The position numbers and the translations under genes were made by a program. Positions 27,901 to 37,910 of a stretch of DNA of 64,000 nt are shown piece after piece; position 1 is the stretch's first letter, and each line of letters begins with the position of its first letter. This DNA is from Chrysomallon squamiferum (lineage: Eukaryota; Animalia; Mollusca), in the NCBI GenBank assembly GCA_012295275.1, contig CM022666.1:9300001-9364000 (forward strand), given 5' to 3'. The notes under the pieces were generated by a model that was not told where the DNA came from, did not search any database, and saw only the letters and a list, made by a program, of their open reading frames with translations.

Positions 27901-30900
27901 GAAATCAGGCTGAAAATGGACCACAGTGTGTGAAATAAAATACATCTGATGTACAAAAATTGTGTAGTTAATGACAGTGTAGTTTACCACTTGTGAAGAA
28001 TTTGACAAACAAAACTTCTTATCTGGAAGAAAATAAAAGAGAAACTTACGAAACAGTCCCCATCCAAGTGAAGGTAAGTATTTTATTCTTAATTTCTGTA
28101 TTGCAAGTTAACAAATTACCCAGAAAATCATACTCATACAGTCTATAAATATATACAACTTTATTCACCTATACTAACTGAGGTAGCTGGGAAATGAATA
28201 ATGCTTTTTTGTTCACTTTTTTTTTTTCCTATTTTCTATTTTTTAAATAATTAATCTAGGCCCTCTTTTAATCTTGACAGCCGCAGTTACTTGTATTAAT
28301 TACAGTGTTTTCTAGATTCATCTTCTAAAAATAATAAATATATATTACCAAAGTTATGTAAAAAAAATAATAATAAAAATGTTGTGGTCATTTTTTATTT
28401 TTTAGTCAGCTGTTTTGCCCATTAAAATCTTTAAATGAAATGGAAAGGTTTACAAAAAAATAATAATAATAATAAAAAATAACTAATAAAAAATAAATAA
28501 AATATAAACAAATTTGTAACTATAAATTTTTTTTTTTTAAATGTAGGTATTATTGTTAAAAAAAAGAAGATTCATTGCCTCTATCTGGAGTGGTACAGAT
28601 CATTTCAGTACTGACACGCTGAACTGAAATAACGTTTATATACCAGAGTAATTAAATGGCTGTTTAATTCAACCATAGAAAATCAAACTTAAAGTTTAAT
28701 AAGAACATTCTCTGATTTTGAAAAGAAATGTCAAACCACATTAGTTTCATTTGTTTTAAGTTTCTTTTCATTTAAAACGTTTTTCATCTTGCATTGTTGT
28801 CTTCCCAGCATGCAGTTTAATCAAAATGGCTGACATCTGTTGCACAGTTTTAGCTTGTTTGCTTTTAGCTCATCCATTGTGAAATTGTTCTTCATTATTT
28901 TTTTTTTTCAGTTTCAACTTCATTTGTTTCTACTAACCAACTTAACATTTATGTTTATTGTTAACTGTAAATCTTTAACCACAGTTTGTGATTATTAGAG
29001 GACGTATAGACATACAGACTGATATACTGACATTCATAAATAGTTCACATTTTTTTCCTTTTCCTATTTTTTTAAAAAGTAACAAAATTAACAAAATCAG
29101 AAATTATTAGCCAAAATTTAAGACTGATTACTAGATCTAAATTTAAGTTTTAGATTCTAGCTTAAATGAGTAAAAATATATATGTTAATTTTTATAAATG
29201 ATATTAATAATTGAAAGGAATTAAAATTCACATATACGTGGGTGTCGTTTTTTCAGAGAGATCTCTGTAGTTGTGAGGACATTACAGAGAACCTTCGACC
29301 TGTCCGCGTCGCTAAAACTGTGCAACACTTAGTGGCCTTCCCTCGACTAACAGCACGCGACTACCACATCACCTACCTGTGCATCAGCATCTTGTGTCTC
29401 ACCTGTTTACTGCTCTTCTTAAAACCTCTGTGAACTGTAGACTAACTATTTTATGAAAGCATGTAGACTAATTGAAATGTGTGTGAGTTAATAGTTGTGT
29501 GAACTCACAGAGTAACCAAGTACTTTGTGAAAACTGTAGACTAATTAAAACATGAACTCACAGTAGATTAACTTTTTGTTAAAATGTATTGACTAATTAT
29601 AATGTGTGTGAACTACTTTGTGTGCTAACTACTTTGTGAAAACAGAACAAACTAACTTGTATGAAAATACAGACTAACTACACATAGATTGTCTTGTATG
29701 ATATTTCAACTAAAAACTGTTTGAAAACATTAACAACAAAAATTGTGTGAATTGTGCAGATTAATATTTGTGTGAAATGCTAGTAGACAAATTCCATATG
29801 AACAAGTAACAGCATAACAGCTGTTAAAACATAGATCAGTAATCTATATGTGTGAAAATATTAAAATTTAAAAAATCATGCATCATTTTATAAAATCTTA
29901 GTGAAGACCACTAGATTACTTTACAAAAATTTCAGTTCTTGTTAATTATTTTAAAATAAATATGTTTATTTGTTATTTGTCACATACAAGCCAAGTGTCA
30001 TGCTGTCCTTTTTTCTTTCTTTTATTTAAATTGGTTTTTTAAATTGTCACAGTGTTAAACAGAACATTGGATACATTTTTACATTGTATATGTAATTAAG
30101 GCACATAAAATAAATGTCCAAAAGCTGTTTATTGGGAGTATTTATGACATGTGACTTTCAGCATTTAGATTAAAATAAAATTGATAAAAATAAAACTACA
30201 GGATGATTATGACTATAGCAAGTAGATTCAAATATGATAAAGATTTAAGGTATGTGATGTCTCATCAGTAATGTCACTGATAGCAAATAGATTGAGAAGT
30301 AGTATATATTAAAGTGTAGAGTTAGTGCTGTAATATTGTCAATTTATCACTGATATGATAAGGATTTACTAATACTTGAATTTTATAAAGAAAATGGATT
30401 ATTTGATACAAATAAATGTTAATTAATGTATTAATATTGCAGGTTTATGGTCACAAAACAATACTATTTGTTAATTTCTAATAATATACAAATCCAGTTT
30501 AAAAAAAAGAATGGACAATTTAGTGTCTTTTGTGAAGATGTATGGTAATAAAGACAATGTATATAAAGATACACTGATATATAAAAAATATTTTATAGCT
30601 GTACAAGATTAATCTCAGAAATATTTCAAAAGTAAGTAATTACAACAAAAACAAAAACTGCATACATTTGAGTTTGGTTAACAGGAAACAATTAGATAAC
30701 ATGAGATTTGTAATATATTATTGCTTTTATTATTATTTTATTATTATTATTTATTATTATTGTTATTATTATTTTTACTATTATTATTATTATTATTATG
30801 ATTATGATTATAATTTTTGCTATTGTTATTATTATTATTAATATTGCATAGGTAATAAAATTATTAAATATAGAGGAAATAAAGAATACAACTGCTTGCT

Positions 30901-32526
30901 ATTATTGCTAAGACATTCCAGAATTATTATTATTATTATTTTTTTTTCATATATATATATATTTTTTTTTTATTACTGTGAAAAGTGATCTCAAACACTC
31001 ATGTACTCAGTGTAATGTGTTGAATATTTACAGTATTTTATATTTGTTTATTAATGTCACTGGCTTTTTGCCTGTCTTATAACCATACTCACTGTAATAT
31101 GTTGAACATTAAATTCAAAACATATGTTTCTTTCATAACAATGTCATTGGCTTCTTGCCCCTTTTATAACTGTATCTTAATAAATGTGTATATATAACAG
31201 TTCATTTTACTTCACTCTGTAAATCAGAGAATGCTTCCAAGTTTCAAATTTGTTATTGTTATTTCTAAAATCATTGTGATATGTTTTGTGACATAATGTA
31301 TAAAGAAAATATACATGCACAGTAACTAATTATAGACACAAAACACACTCACTTATATCCAATCAATATTCACGTGCACTGTATTTTACATAATTACTAT
31401 GACTCGCACAAATGCTCAGTTCATAAAGAGTTAAAAATCAACTGGTATATCCAAATGTTAATAATAGAAGAAAAAAAATTGAATTTTAATCAAAATGATT
31501 AACATATGTGTGTATGTATTATATAATGTAACTAAAAAAAATGTTCTTCTTTGAGATTTTACAGAAAACTAGATCATAGAAAACTGATGCTAAAATATTA
31601 TATAAAGTAAAAAAATAAAAATAAAAAATACAGATGTTAAAGTATTAAATGTTAGAAAAACCATAGAAAACAGATGTTAAAATATTAAAATAAAAAACAC
31701 AGAAAATATGTTAAATTTTTTTTAAAAAATCCTTCAGATGCTAGCAGCCAAACATTTAGGAAATTATAAATTTGTATTTTAATTATTATGTGTTGTTGTG
31801 TTTGTTACCTTGTTTGAGTGTTTACAAATTTTATTAATAATTTCAAAAAATCAAACTGAATTACTCAATGTTCCAAATTAGATTGTAATAATTTCGAATC
31901 TTCAGAAATGAAATTTAAAAATTTTGACAGGTTCTGAATTGAAATAATTTTAATGTTTTGAAATCAAATTATTTAAAGATTTTTATAAAATCAGTTTGCC
32001 AATGTCTTGTTATTGGTAAAATGTCTATTGTTAATGCAATAATGCCTTTGTTTCATTTTATGCAAAATCAGTATTTTACACAATGTTAAACTTTCAACAA
32101 GTGAGCTAAAGATCTGCCTTGCATTTTTGAAATCACTTGTTTTAGCTACATATTGCCAGCTGTCTGTCTGTACATATGTTACTTTGCTATTTTGTGATAA
32201 ATTTAGCATTATGCATCCTCAAGTATTAGTGTCAGTTTAAAATAAACTTGTCATATGACATTGGTATTGTTCATTAGTTCTGAAAAATGAGCCTGTAAAA
32301 TAAAAGGGTTTTCCTAAAGATGTATGTAATCTCTATTACTGATTATTTAAAAAAATAAATTCAAATTAGTATTACTATTACAACTGCTACTACTACTACT
32401 ATGACTACTCCTACTACTACTGCTACAACTGGTATTGTTACTGTTATTACTACTATTACTGTTGCCATTATTATTGTTATTGTAATTATTGTAATTATTA
32501 TTATTATTACTACCAATACTATCACT

Positions 32527-32557
<31 letters not shown>

Positions 32558-33306
32558 CTGTTTTTGATTGTATTTTAATACTAAGAGACTGCATCATTCT
32601 ATAAGGCACTTTCATTGGTTAGTAGCAAGATAATCTTTATAAGAACTTTCTAGAAAAATCACAAAGACACAGCATAACCTTTTATTACCAGTTATGGCTG
32701 GAATGCAAAAACAACACATGTAGTACTCCAGCCTATTATTTTTTTTTTTTTCAAACATTTTTATATAAGAATTCTTTAGATCTGTAATTTAAAAATGAAC
32801 ATACACTTGTCACAGGACAAGTTGAATTAGTTGTTTCTTTGAAAGCTGATACCTTTATTGTTAAATGTTTATCTGTAATAAAAATTAATTTCCTTGAATT
32901 GTACTTTATTATTATTATTTATTTGTCAGTTTTTTCTTTCCAATTTTTTTTTTTTTTTTTTTTTTAACTAGCTTCTGAGGAGAACGATGTGCTGATCATT
33001 ATTATTGTCATCATCATCATTTTAATTGTCATGTTATTACAAATAGATATTAATTGTTATTAATTTCTACATTAATTATAATTTATTTTGTGATAATGTG
33101 AGCTAACCATAGTAAAATTAGATCATTATTATTGTTAGTTTTACACAATATCGATGATTTACATTTAGCTGTTTTATTATTAAAGAAATATAATTTCATA
33201 TTTTAAAAGAATATTTGTTTTTATTTATTTTATTTGTTTTGTTACTGACATTGTAACATTCGTATGTTATGATAAAAATATATAAGTACTGAAGATCTAT
33301 TGCTGC

Positions 33307-33348
<42 letters not shown>

Positions 33349-33501
33349 TTTGTTAAAAATAACTAATACACATATTTAATTTTTCAGGAGCAGGTTTGTT
33401 CAGCGCATGATGTACTGGATGAACGAGGCATCTCCCGTGTGGCTATCACAGTTGCAGCCCTTGTTGCTATTGGCACCAACCCTAAACAATCTGCTGTCTG
33501 A
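4140..33501 (+). CDS. LRCH: Leucine-rich repeat and calponin homology domain-containing protein (LRCH family), multi-exon, 5'-partial (exon 1 upstream of window)
   Basis: Phase-consistent GT-AG exon chain: 4140-4284, 5145-5274, 5703-5808, 6378-6514, 7044-7174, 7731-7854, 10019-10282, 11805-12047, 12286-12425, [13545-13607], [18520-18714], 20838-20993, 21286-21604, 22049-22183, 22782-22911 (or -22851), 23997-24118, 24618-24755, 24941-25018, then 29257-29433 or 33388-33501. It encodes LRRs (DLSKNRL, LDVSCNEI, LDNNPL) and an LRCH-type CH domain (DGVVLCHLANQIRPRSVASIHVPSPAVPKLTMAKCRRNVENFLEACRKIGV). The vertebrate paralogue number cannot be assigned. Confidence 0.93.
4700..5112. repeat. Foldback (inverted) element built from ~33-bp AT-rich subrepeats
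   Basis: 4701-4878 (attttccag...ctttattaataataaag...attaaataacaaa) is approximately the reverse complement of 4961-5112. Confidence 0.7.
5145..5274 (+). CDS. LRCH: LRCH exon, LRR (SRNQLTVLPPYLCHLQMLEVLIGSNNKLVSLPEEIGKLEKLMDL)
   Basis: poly-T ttag acceptor, gtaaat donor, phase 2 to 0; not in the ORF track. Confidence 0.92.
5703..5808 (+). CDS. LRCH: LRCH exon, LRR (DVSCNEISHLPVQIGDLTSLKCLNIRRNLLVELPV)
   Basis: ttttcag acceptor, G|gtctgt donor, phase 0 to 1. Confidence 0.92.
6378..6514 (+). CDS. LRCH: LRCH exon, LRR (EISKLNLRKLDFASNRIEKIPTVFRKIDTLQEIILDNNPLSVPPAH)
   Basis: ttacag acceptor, gtgagt donor, phase 1 to 0. Confidence 0.92.
7044..7174 (+). CDS. LRCH: LRCH exon, LRR C-cap (ICTRGRQHIMKFLQNEAVREDRKRG...)
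   Basis: gtcag acceptor, gtgagt donor, phase 0 to 2. Confidence 0.88.
7172..7440 (+). repeat. ~33-bp minisatellite starting at an LRCH splice donor
   Basis: about 8 copies of cagtaagtacatttgttcagatttacttaaaaa. Confidence 0.8.
7731..7854 (+). CDS. LRCH: LRCH exon (TSDEFRNILDSPESRWKRHTVLSSDSGYSTTDSIEKCGWSE)
   Basis: tttcag acceptor, GAG|gtgagt donor, phase 2 to 0; DSGxxS/T motif. Confidence 0.88.
10019..10282 (+). CDS. LRCH: LRCH exon, proline-rich (GSSEYEEVNILAIKAAE...LEDQFTR)
   Basis: tag acceptor, AGG|gttagt donor, phase 0 to 0, GC-rich open frame. Confidence 0.85.
11805..12047 (+). CDS. LRCH: LRCH exon, E/R/Q-rich helical segment (ELQRQKMDYERRKK...EELRRQ)
   Basis: ctag acceptor, CAG|gtatta donor, phase 0 to 0. 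Confidence 0.87.
12286..12425 (+). CDS. LRCH: LRCH exon, E/R-rich helical segment (EELRLQEEERQREE...RTKLDN)
   Basis: ttacag acceptor, gtatgt donor, phase 0 to 2. Confidence 0.87.
13545..13607 (+). CDS. LRCH: Candidate 63-nt symmetric cassette exon of LRCH (RSTTRPTPRRHTVTVDTSKK)
   Basis: aag acceptor, AG|gtatat donor, phase 2 to 2, open frame, local GC/CpG island in a CpG-poor intron. Confidence 0.6.
15828..16495 (+). repeat. ~54-bp intronic minisatellite
   Basis: roughly a dozen copies of ttacctgtaatctaacagtgttttaatgatataacagttacctatattcagaga. Confidence 0.9.
18520..18714 (+). CDS. LRCH: Candidate 195-nt symmetric exon of LRCH (LLYSTLHDGYYSTTTT...EYTNYIKEWAY)
   Basis: tttcag acceptor, AG|gtaaca donor, phase 2 to 2, CpG-rich open frame. 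Confidence 0.75.
20838..20993 (+). CDS. LRCH: LRCH exon (NKQQLGTSQSFKEERKVQNAQYRRTTSD...NYINR)
   Basis: ctcag acceptor, gtatgt donor, phase 2 to 2. Confidence 0.8.
21286..21604 (+). CDS. LRCH: LRCH exon, Ser/Thr/Pro-rich (GVAEDINTSADSAAS...RNNTVVS)
   Basis: cacag acceptor, gtaagt donor, phase 2 to 0. Confidence 0.85.
22049..22183 (+). CDS. LRCH: LRCH exon, coiled-coil-like (EEEFKQKHQALSNKHQ...QNYVSK)
   Basis: tccag acceptor, AAG|gtttct donor, phase 0 to 0. Confidence 0.82.
22782..22911 (+). CDS. LRCH: LRCH exon with two in-frame donors (RGTNEVEDKKKSTISSGSRSART[GKCLNGPNRLTHSSPGTHAP])
   Basis: gacag acceptor after (TAT)n; donors G|gtaagt after 22851 and G|gtatgt after 22911, both phase 1. 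Confidence 0.8.
23997..24118 (+). CDS. LRCH: LRCH exon preceding CH domain (GLSQGSIKLLEEYKEANPNFTIRRQHEMQLEELQQMDQLRN)
   Basis: ttatag acceptor, gtgaga donor, phase 1 to 0; PxFTIRR motif typical of LRCH proteins. Confidence 0.9.
24618..24755 (+). CDS. LRCH: LRCH CH-domain exon (TIETRLKVTLPDNLPEALKDGVVLCHLANQIRPRSVASIHVPSPAV)
   Basis: ttacag acceptor, gtaagt donor, phase 0 to 0; calponin-homology signature. Confidence 0.95.
24941..25018 (+). CDS. LRCH: LRCH CH-domain exon (PKLTMAKCRRNVENFLEACRKIGVNQ)
   Basis: ttgcag acceptor, CAG|gtgagt donor, phase 0 to 0. Confidence 0.95.
29257..29433 (+). CDS. LRCH: LRCH alternative last exon A: CH C-terminal helix plus C-terminal transmembrane anchor (RDLCSCEDITENLRPVRVAKTVQHLVAFPRLTARDYHITYLCISILCLTCLLLFLKPL*)
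   Basis: tttttcag acceptor, phase 0, completes the CH fold, hydrophobic tail. Confidence 0.85.
   Translation, partial: RDLCSCEDITENLRPVRVAKTVQHLVAFPRLTARDYHITYLCISILCLTCLLLFLKPL
33388..33501 (+). CDS. LRCH: LRCH alternative last exon B: CH C-terminal helix plus class I PDZ-binding end (EQVCSAHDVLDERGISRVAITVAALVAIGTNPKQSAV*)
   Basis: tttttcag acceptor, phase 0, paralogous to exon A (xxCSxxDI/V...RVAxTVxxLVA); ends in S-x-V. Confidence 0.87.
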   Translation, partial: EQVCSAHDVLDERGISRVAITVAALVAIGTNPKQSAV

Positions 33502-33606
33502 CAGTTAGGGGAGCTGCTAGGGGGGGTTGCCTGTCTCTTTATTGTGCTGGTTTTATTACTCACTGCCACTGAACAAATGGGCATTCCTGTGTATCCATAC
33601 ATGTAA
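33502..33606 (+). other. Candidate stop-codon readthrough extension of LRCH isoform B (QLGELLGGVACLFIVLVLLLTATEQMGIPVYPYM*)
   Basis: TGA CAG TTA = stop+CARYYA context; 34 in-frame sense codons with exon-like GC content encoding a ~19-residue hydrophobic helix; ends at TAA 33604-33606. Confidence 0.55.
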
Positions 33607-34152
33607 CCATGGCAACCATAATGACCCAAGAAGCAAAGTCTATCTATGAGACATGCAAGTGGGTTTGTGAATTGAGGGGGTTATTCTCGTTTTTTAGTTA
33701 TTCATAGAATTTATTTTCAGAATAATATATATATAAAAAAATTAAAGGTAATGATGATAAAAAGATGAATTTCAATTAAGTAAGTTAAAAAAACAAAAAG
33801 AAAAATATAAAGTTCTGTTAAGATACTTTTAGGTGTTTTTTTTACAGTTTTGATTTATATTTGTTATTGCAGATTAAGTGTGCCATGGTTGATTTTTAAA
33901 TAATGTTTTAACACAGGATGTTTGTTCAGCACTGGTTGAGAAATTGTTTTATGTAAATAATGTTTTGTCTTTTGCTACATTTTTTTATCATTTTACATGT
34001 CTTAATGGCCTTTGTACTTACATATAGAAGGGATTTTTTTTTTTTAATTTATTATATTTCCTCAGTGTTCTTTATTTTTATTTTTATTTTTTTTTTATAT
34101 TCATAAAAATTTAAATGTACATTTGTTGGGTTTTATTTGTTTATTTATTTAT

Positions 34153-34218
<66 letters not shown>

Positions 34219-37200
34219 CACATTCTTCTGTCACATAACAAAAATGAAAACCAAAGATCAATTTTATTTCATTCAGCTTCACTGCCAGCATTTTTTAAAT
34301 CATTTAGTTCAGTCTTTTTATCGCAGACTGAAAAAACCTTTTTCTATGAGTGGGGAAAACAATTCTAATAATTACCTTGATGATAGTTTTAAAAAGTAGG
34401 TCAATTATTCAGTATAATTTAAATTAACTCATTAAAAGAATGCAATCCTATAAAACACTCTCTAAACAAGACACACAAACTTGCAGTTAGAAATATTTCT
34501 GTTTTTTCTTGAATTAAATTTTCTCCACAATTATGTTTTATTTTACATTATTATTATTATTTTCAGAGATGTTCATTTTATATTATTAAAGTCTTTCATT
34601 AAATTAAACTTTAAAGACAAAAATTGTAAAATGCTGATCTGTGCTGTGATTAGATGGTGAAGGTCATGTGATCTGTAATAATATTGAAACAACAACTTGT
34701 TACTGTTAGAACAGTTTTCTCAGTGGACTCTCATTCTGTTTTACAATTAACATGCATAATTCAGAGTTGAATGCAGAACTATAAAGTCTCTATGGTGACT
34801 TGAAATGTTTGCCATGGTAATTGAATTTACTCAAATGATTGGCAGATTTTTAGTCATAATATCATTTTTATTATTATTATTATTTTTTAATTATTATTAT
34901 TACTTAATCATTATTATTTATATATTAATTATGATTTATAATTAACAGAATCATAGCTCATTTAAAAGGTATCATCATCAAATGATAGATACTAAGAATA
35001 ATTTTGTACAAGTTTTATTTCATACAAATCTCTTATTTATCTACGCATTTTTAAAACCATTCCCAAGATCCTTCAGAATTAGGGTCAGCATGTTTATGTT
35101 TTGTCATTTGTCATATTTTTTGTTTCTGCTTATAAATTAATTTATGTTAATCAAAACATGTATATTATTTTGCAGTGTAGAAATCGAATAGAAAGTTTTA
35201 AAATGTTTTTGTATGTTTCTCAACCAGTATGACATGGCAGTGAATATGTAAATTATGTACAGACATTTTTAAAACTGTATTACAGAAGTGTGCAATAGAT
35301 TAACAGTTACAAAAAACACAAAATACATAGTAATATATTTTTAAGTGGTAAACTTCCAGATAATTCAAACAAAATTTAAAAAACACTTTGAAAAAGATTT
35401 CTCAATATTTTTAGTTCTTGTTTATTTTGATTTAGTTTTTAGTTTGAAAACAGGGTGCATTATAATGTGTGTTTCATTATAAACATTAATTTTTGTTATC
35501 TTACAAAATTAACAATGATGACTAAAATAATATCAGTGTCAACTAACTTATTTTTACAAAGCTGTTTTTCTTCTTTCTTTTTAACCAAAACCTTTAATTA
35601 TATTTAAAGTATATGTAAGAATTTGATAAAGAGTATATTGTATTGAAAAAGAAATAATAAAACATGAAAAGAGAAATTTTGTTAAAATTCTATGACTAAA
35701 TCGTTATTTTATAATTGCTTGTAATTATTTTTATCTCTGAAGCACTCTTAAAATCTTTATCATCTAAACTGTGGTGTTTTGGGGATTTTTTTTCTGTTTA
35801 TAATTTTTTTTTTATCAAGCAGCTCATTACAAAACAAACTTTGTAAAACTTTTGATAGCTCATGTTAACAACAGCAGAAGACAATCATTTGATTTTGCTC
35901 ACATCAATAATTTCAAACTAACATCAATTCATTTAAATATTAACTCAGTTTAACCACAAAATTAGCACAAGTAATTTATTGTTTTTGTTTTTGTTTAGGT
36001 ATTTGTTTTTCTTTCTCAAGTACAATGAATACAAAATTGCAGGAGATTTTAATTATTTATTCATTAATTATATTATTTTTCATTAATTATATTTATATAT
36101 TATTACAACATTCTTTTTTAATTTCAGATTTACATTATAACTAAGAAAAATAAACAGTATATATATATATATATTAAATGTTTCAGTTTGTTATGGTGTT
36201 TATTTTTACTCTTATTACTTCATAAAAGAAAAGTTAAATTAATTAAATAATGTATGTTAGATAATTTGATCTAAACTTTAACATAAAAGTAAATAACACA
36301 CATTGTAGTGCTCAGTATCTGTAGAATTCCACAACTGGGTATGTACTGCTCTATACTCTATTTAGATCATTATTTTATGTTTCAGTACTTTTATCTTTAA
36401 AGCTACTGTCAGTTACAACTAGTTCTGAGATGGAGAGGTTTATATAGCTTAATTTTATTTCATTTGGTGTCTGAACTTATTATTATTTATTTCTTTGTTT
36501 TTTGTTTTATTATCAAAGAAAATGGTGATCAGCCACTACTACTGTCATATCACATACTGTCTTACAAATTTCATGTTAATATTACTGCTACTAGGATTTT
36601 CAAATATTCCTTTTTAAATTACTTATTTTATCAGAAAAACAGAAATCTAAGTACATGGTGGATACATTTAAAGAGCAACATAAATAAAAATATTTTGTTG
36701 TTTGTTTTTGTCAACAAGTCATCACCATTTTTATTTTATTTATTACGTACATATACATGTATGTGTAAGGGGAGGTAATCATTGACTACACACACAGACA
36801 GACAGATGGGCAACAGACGAAAGACGAACCTAGCAGCCAGTAATCTCCTGTTTTCTTGTGACACAACTGAGTGCTTCCAACTTGTGTGAGCAGTGTATGT
36901 TGTGAGCAGTTTTGTTTCTGCTTCTTGTAGCTACCATAGCAACACATTTCAGAGTCCATACAGTCTTTGTTTTAAAGTAATTAGAACAAAAATAAAAATA
37001 AACTAAGAAAAAATCTACTTTATTTCAGAAATTAGAAAAATACTTTAAATACTTTTAGTGAAATAATTGTTAAAGAAAGAAGTTGGGATAAACTGTATGG
37101 ATTCTGTTGTTTCTTACTGTATGTATACTGAAATTTATTTGACTGAAAATGGTGTGAGATAAAATATTACATCTATGCAAATCGCAAAACCTTGTGTAGT

Positions 37201-37851
37201 TTGTTGCTTTGTGAGATGACTATTTAGCCGTTTTCTTTAATAAAAACACATAAACAGATCTGTTTGATGAAATGTATTTTTAACAGTGAAATGACATGCT
37301 CAGATACAAATGTCACTGGTGCACTTGCACAATGTTTTAAGTATGTAAAAAAAAAATATCTGCCTTGTTTGAAATGTGTGTAGACAACAATATGTTTGAT
37401 TTCTCATTTTACTTAGTCTCTTTTTTATACATGTTTATTACTTCAATTTCCTCAATGTTACATAAATGTATTTTAACGTAGTCTGAGAAGTCAGAATTTT
37501 ACTTTTTGTTTTTAAATATTACATTGATATATGTATGTGTTATTTTGTATATGAAGTATACGAAGTATATTAAAGATATGTGAAATAAATGAATGAATGA
37601 ATAAATAAATAAATAAATATGTTAAATAATGAGTAATTGAATTTTGAAATTTTTATTGCACACAGGTATTGGATTAGTAAATAGGATTAGTGGATTTCAG
37701 ATCACTGCAAGTTCTACAGTTTTCATTTTACCAAAATTACAACAGTTTATAACAAAAAGCAGTCATTTCTAATTTTATAAACATGGTCAAAAACCACTGT
37801 ATTATTGTAAATTAATAAATATCTTTAATTCAATTTCTCAATTTATTAATG

Positions 37852-37910
<59 letters not shown>

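Noticed and set aside
33499-33501. TGA as a selenocysteine codon
   Set aside because: No SECIS recognised by eye and no redox motif context; the CARYYA context favours ordinary readthrough
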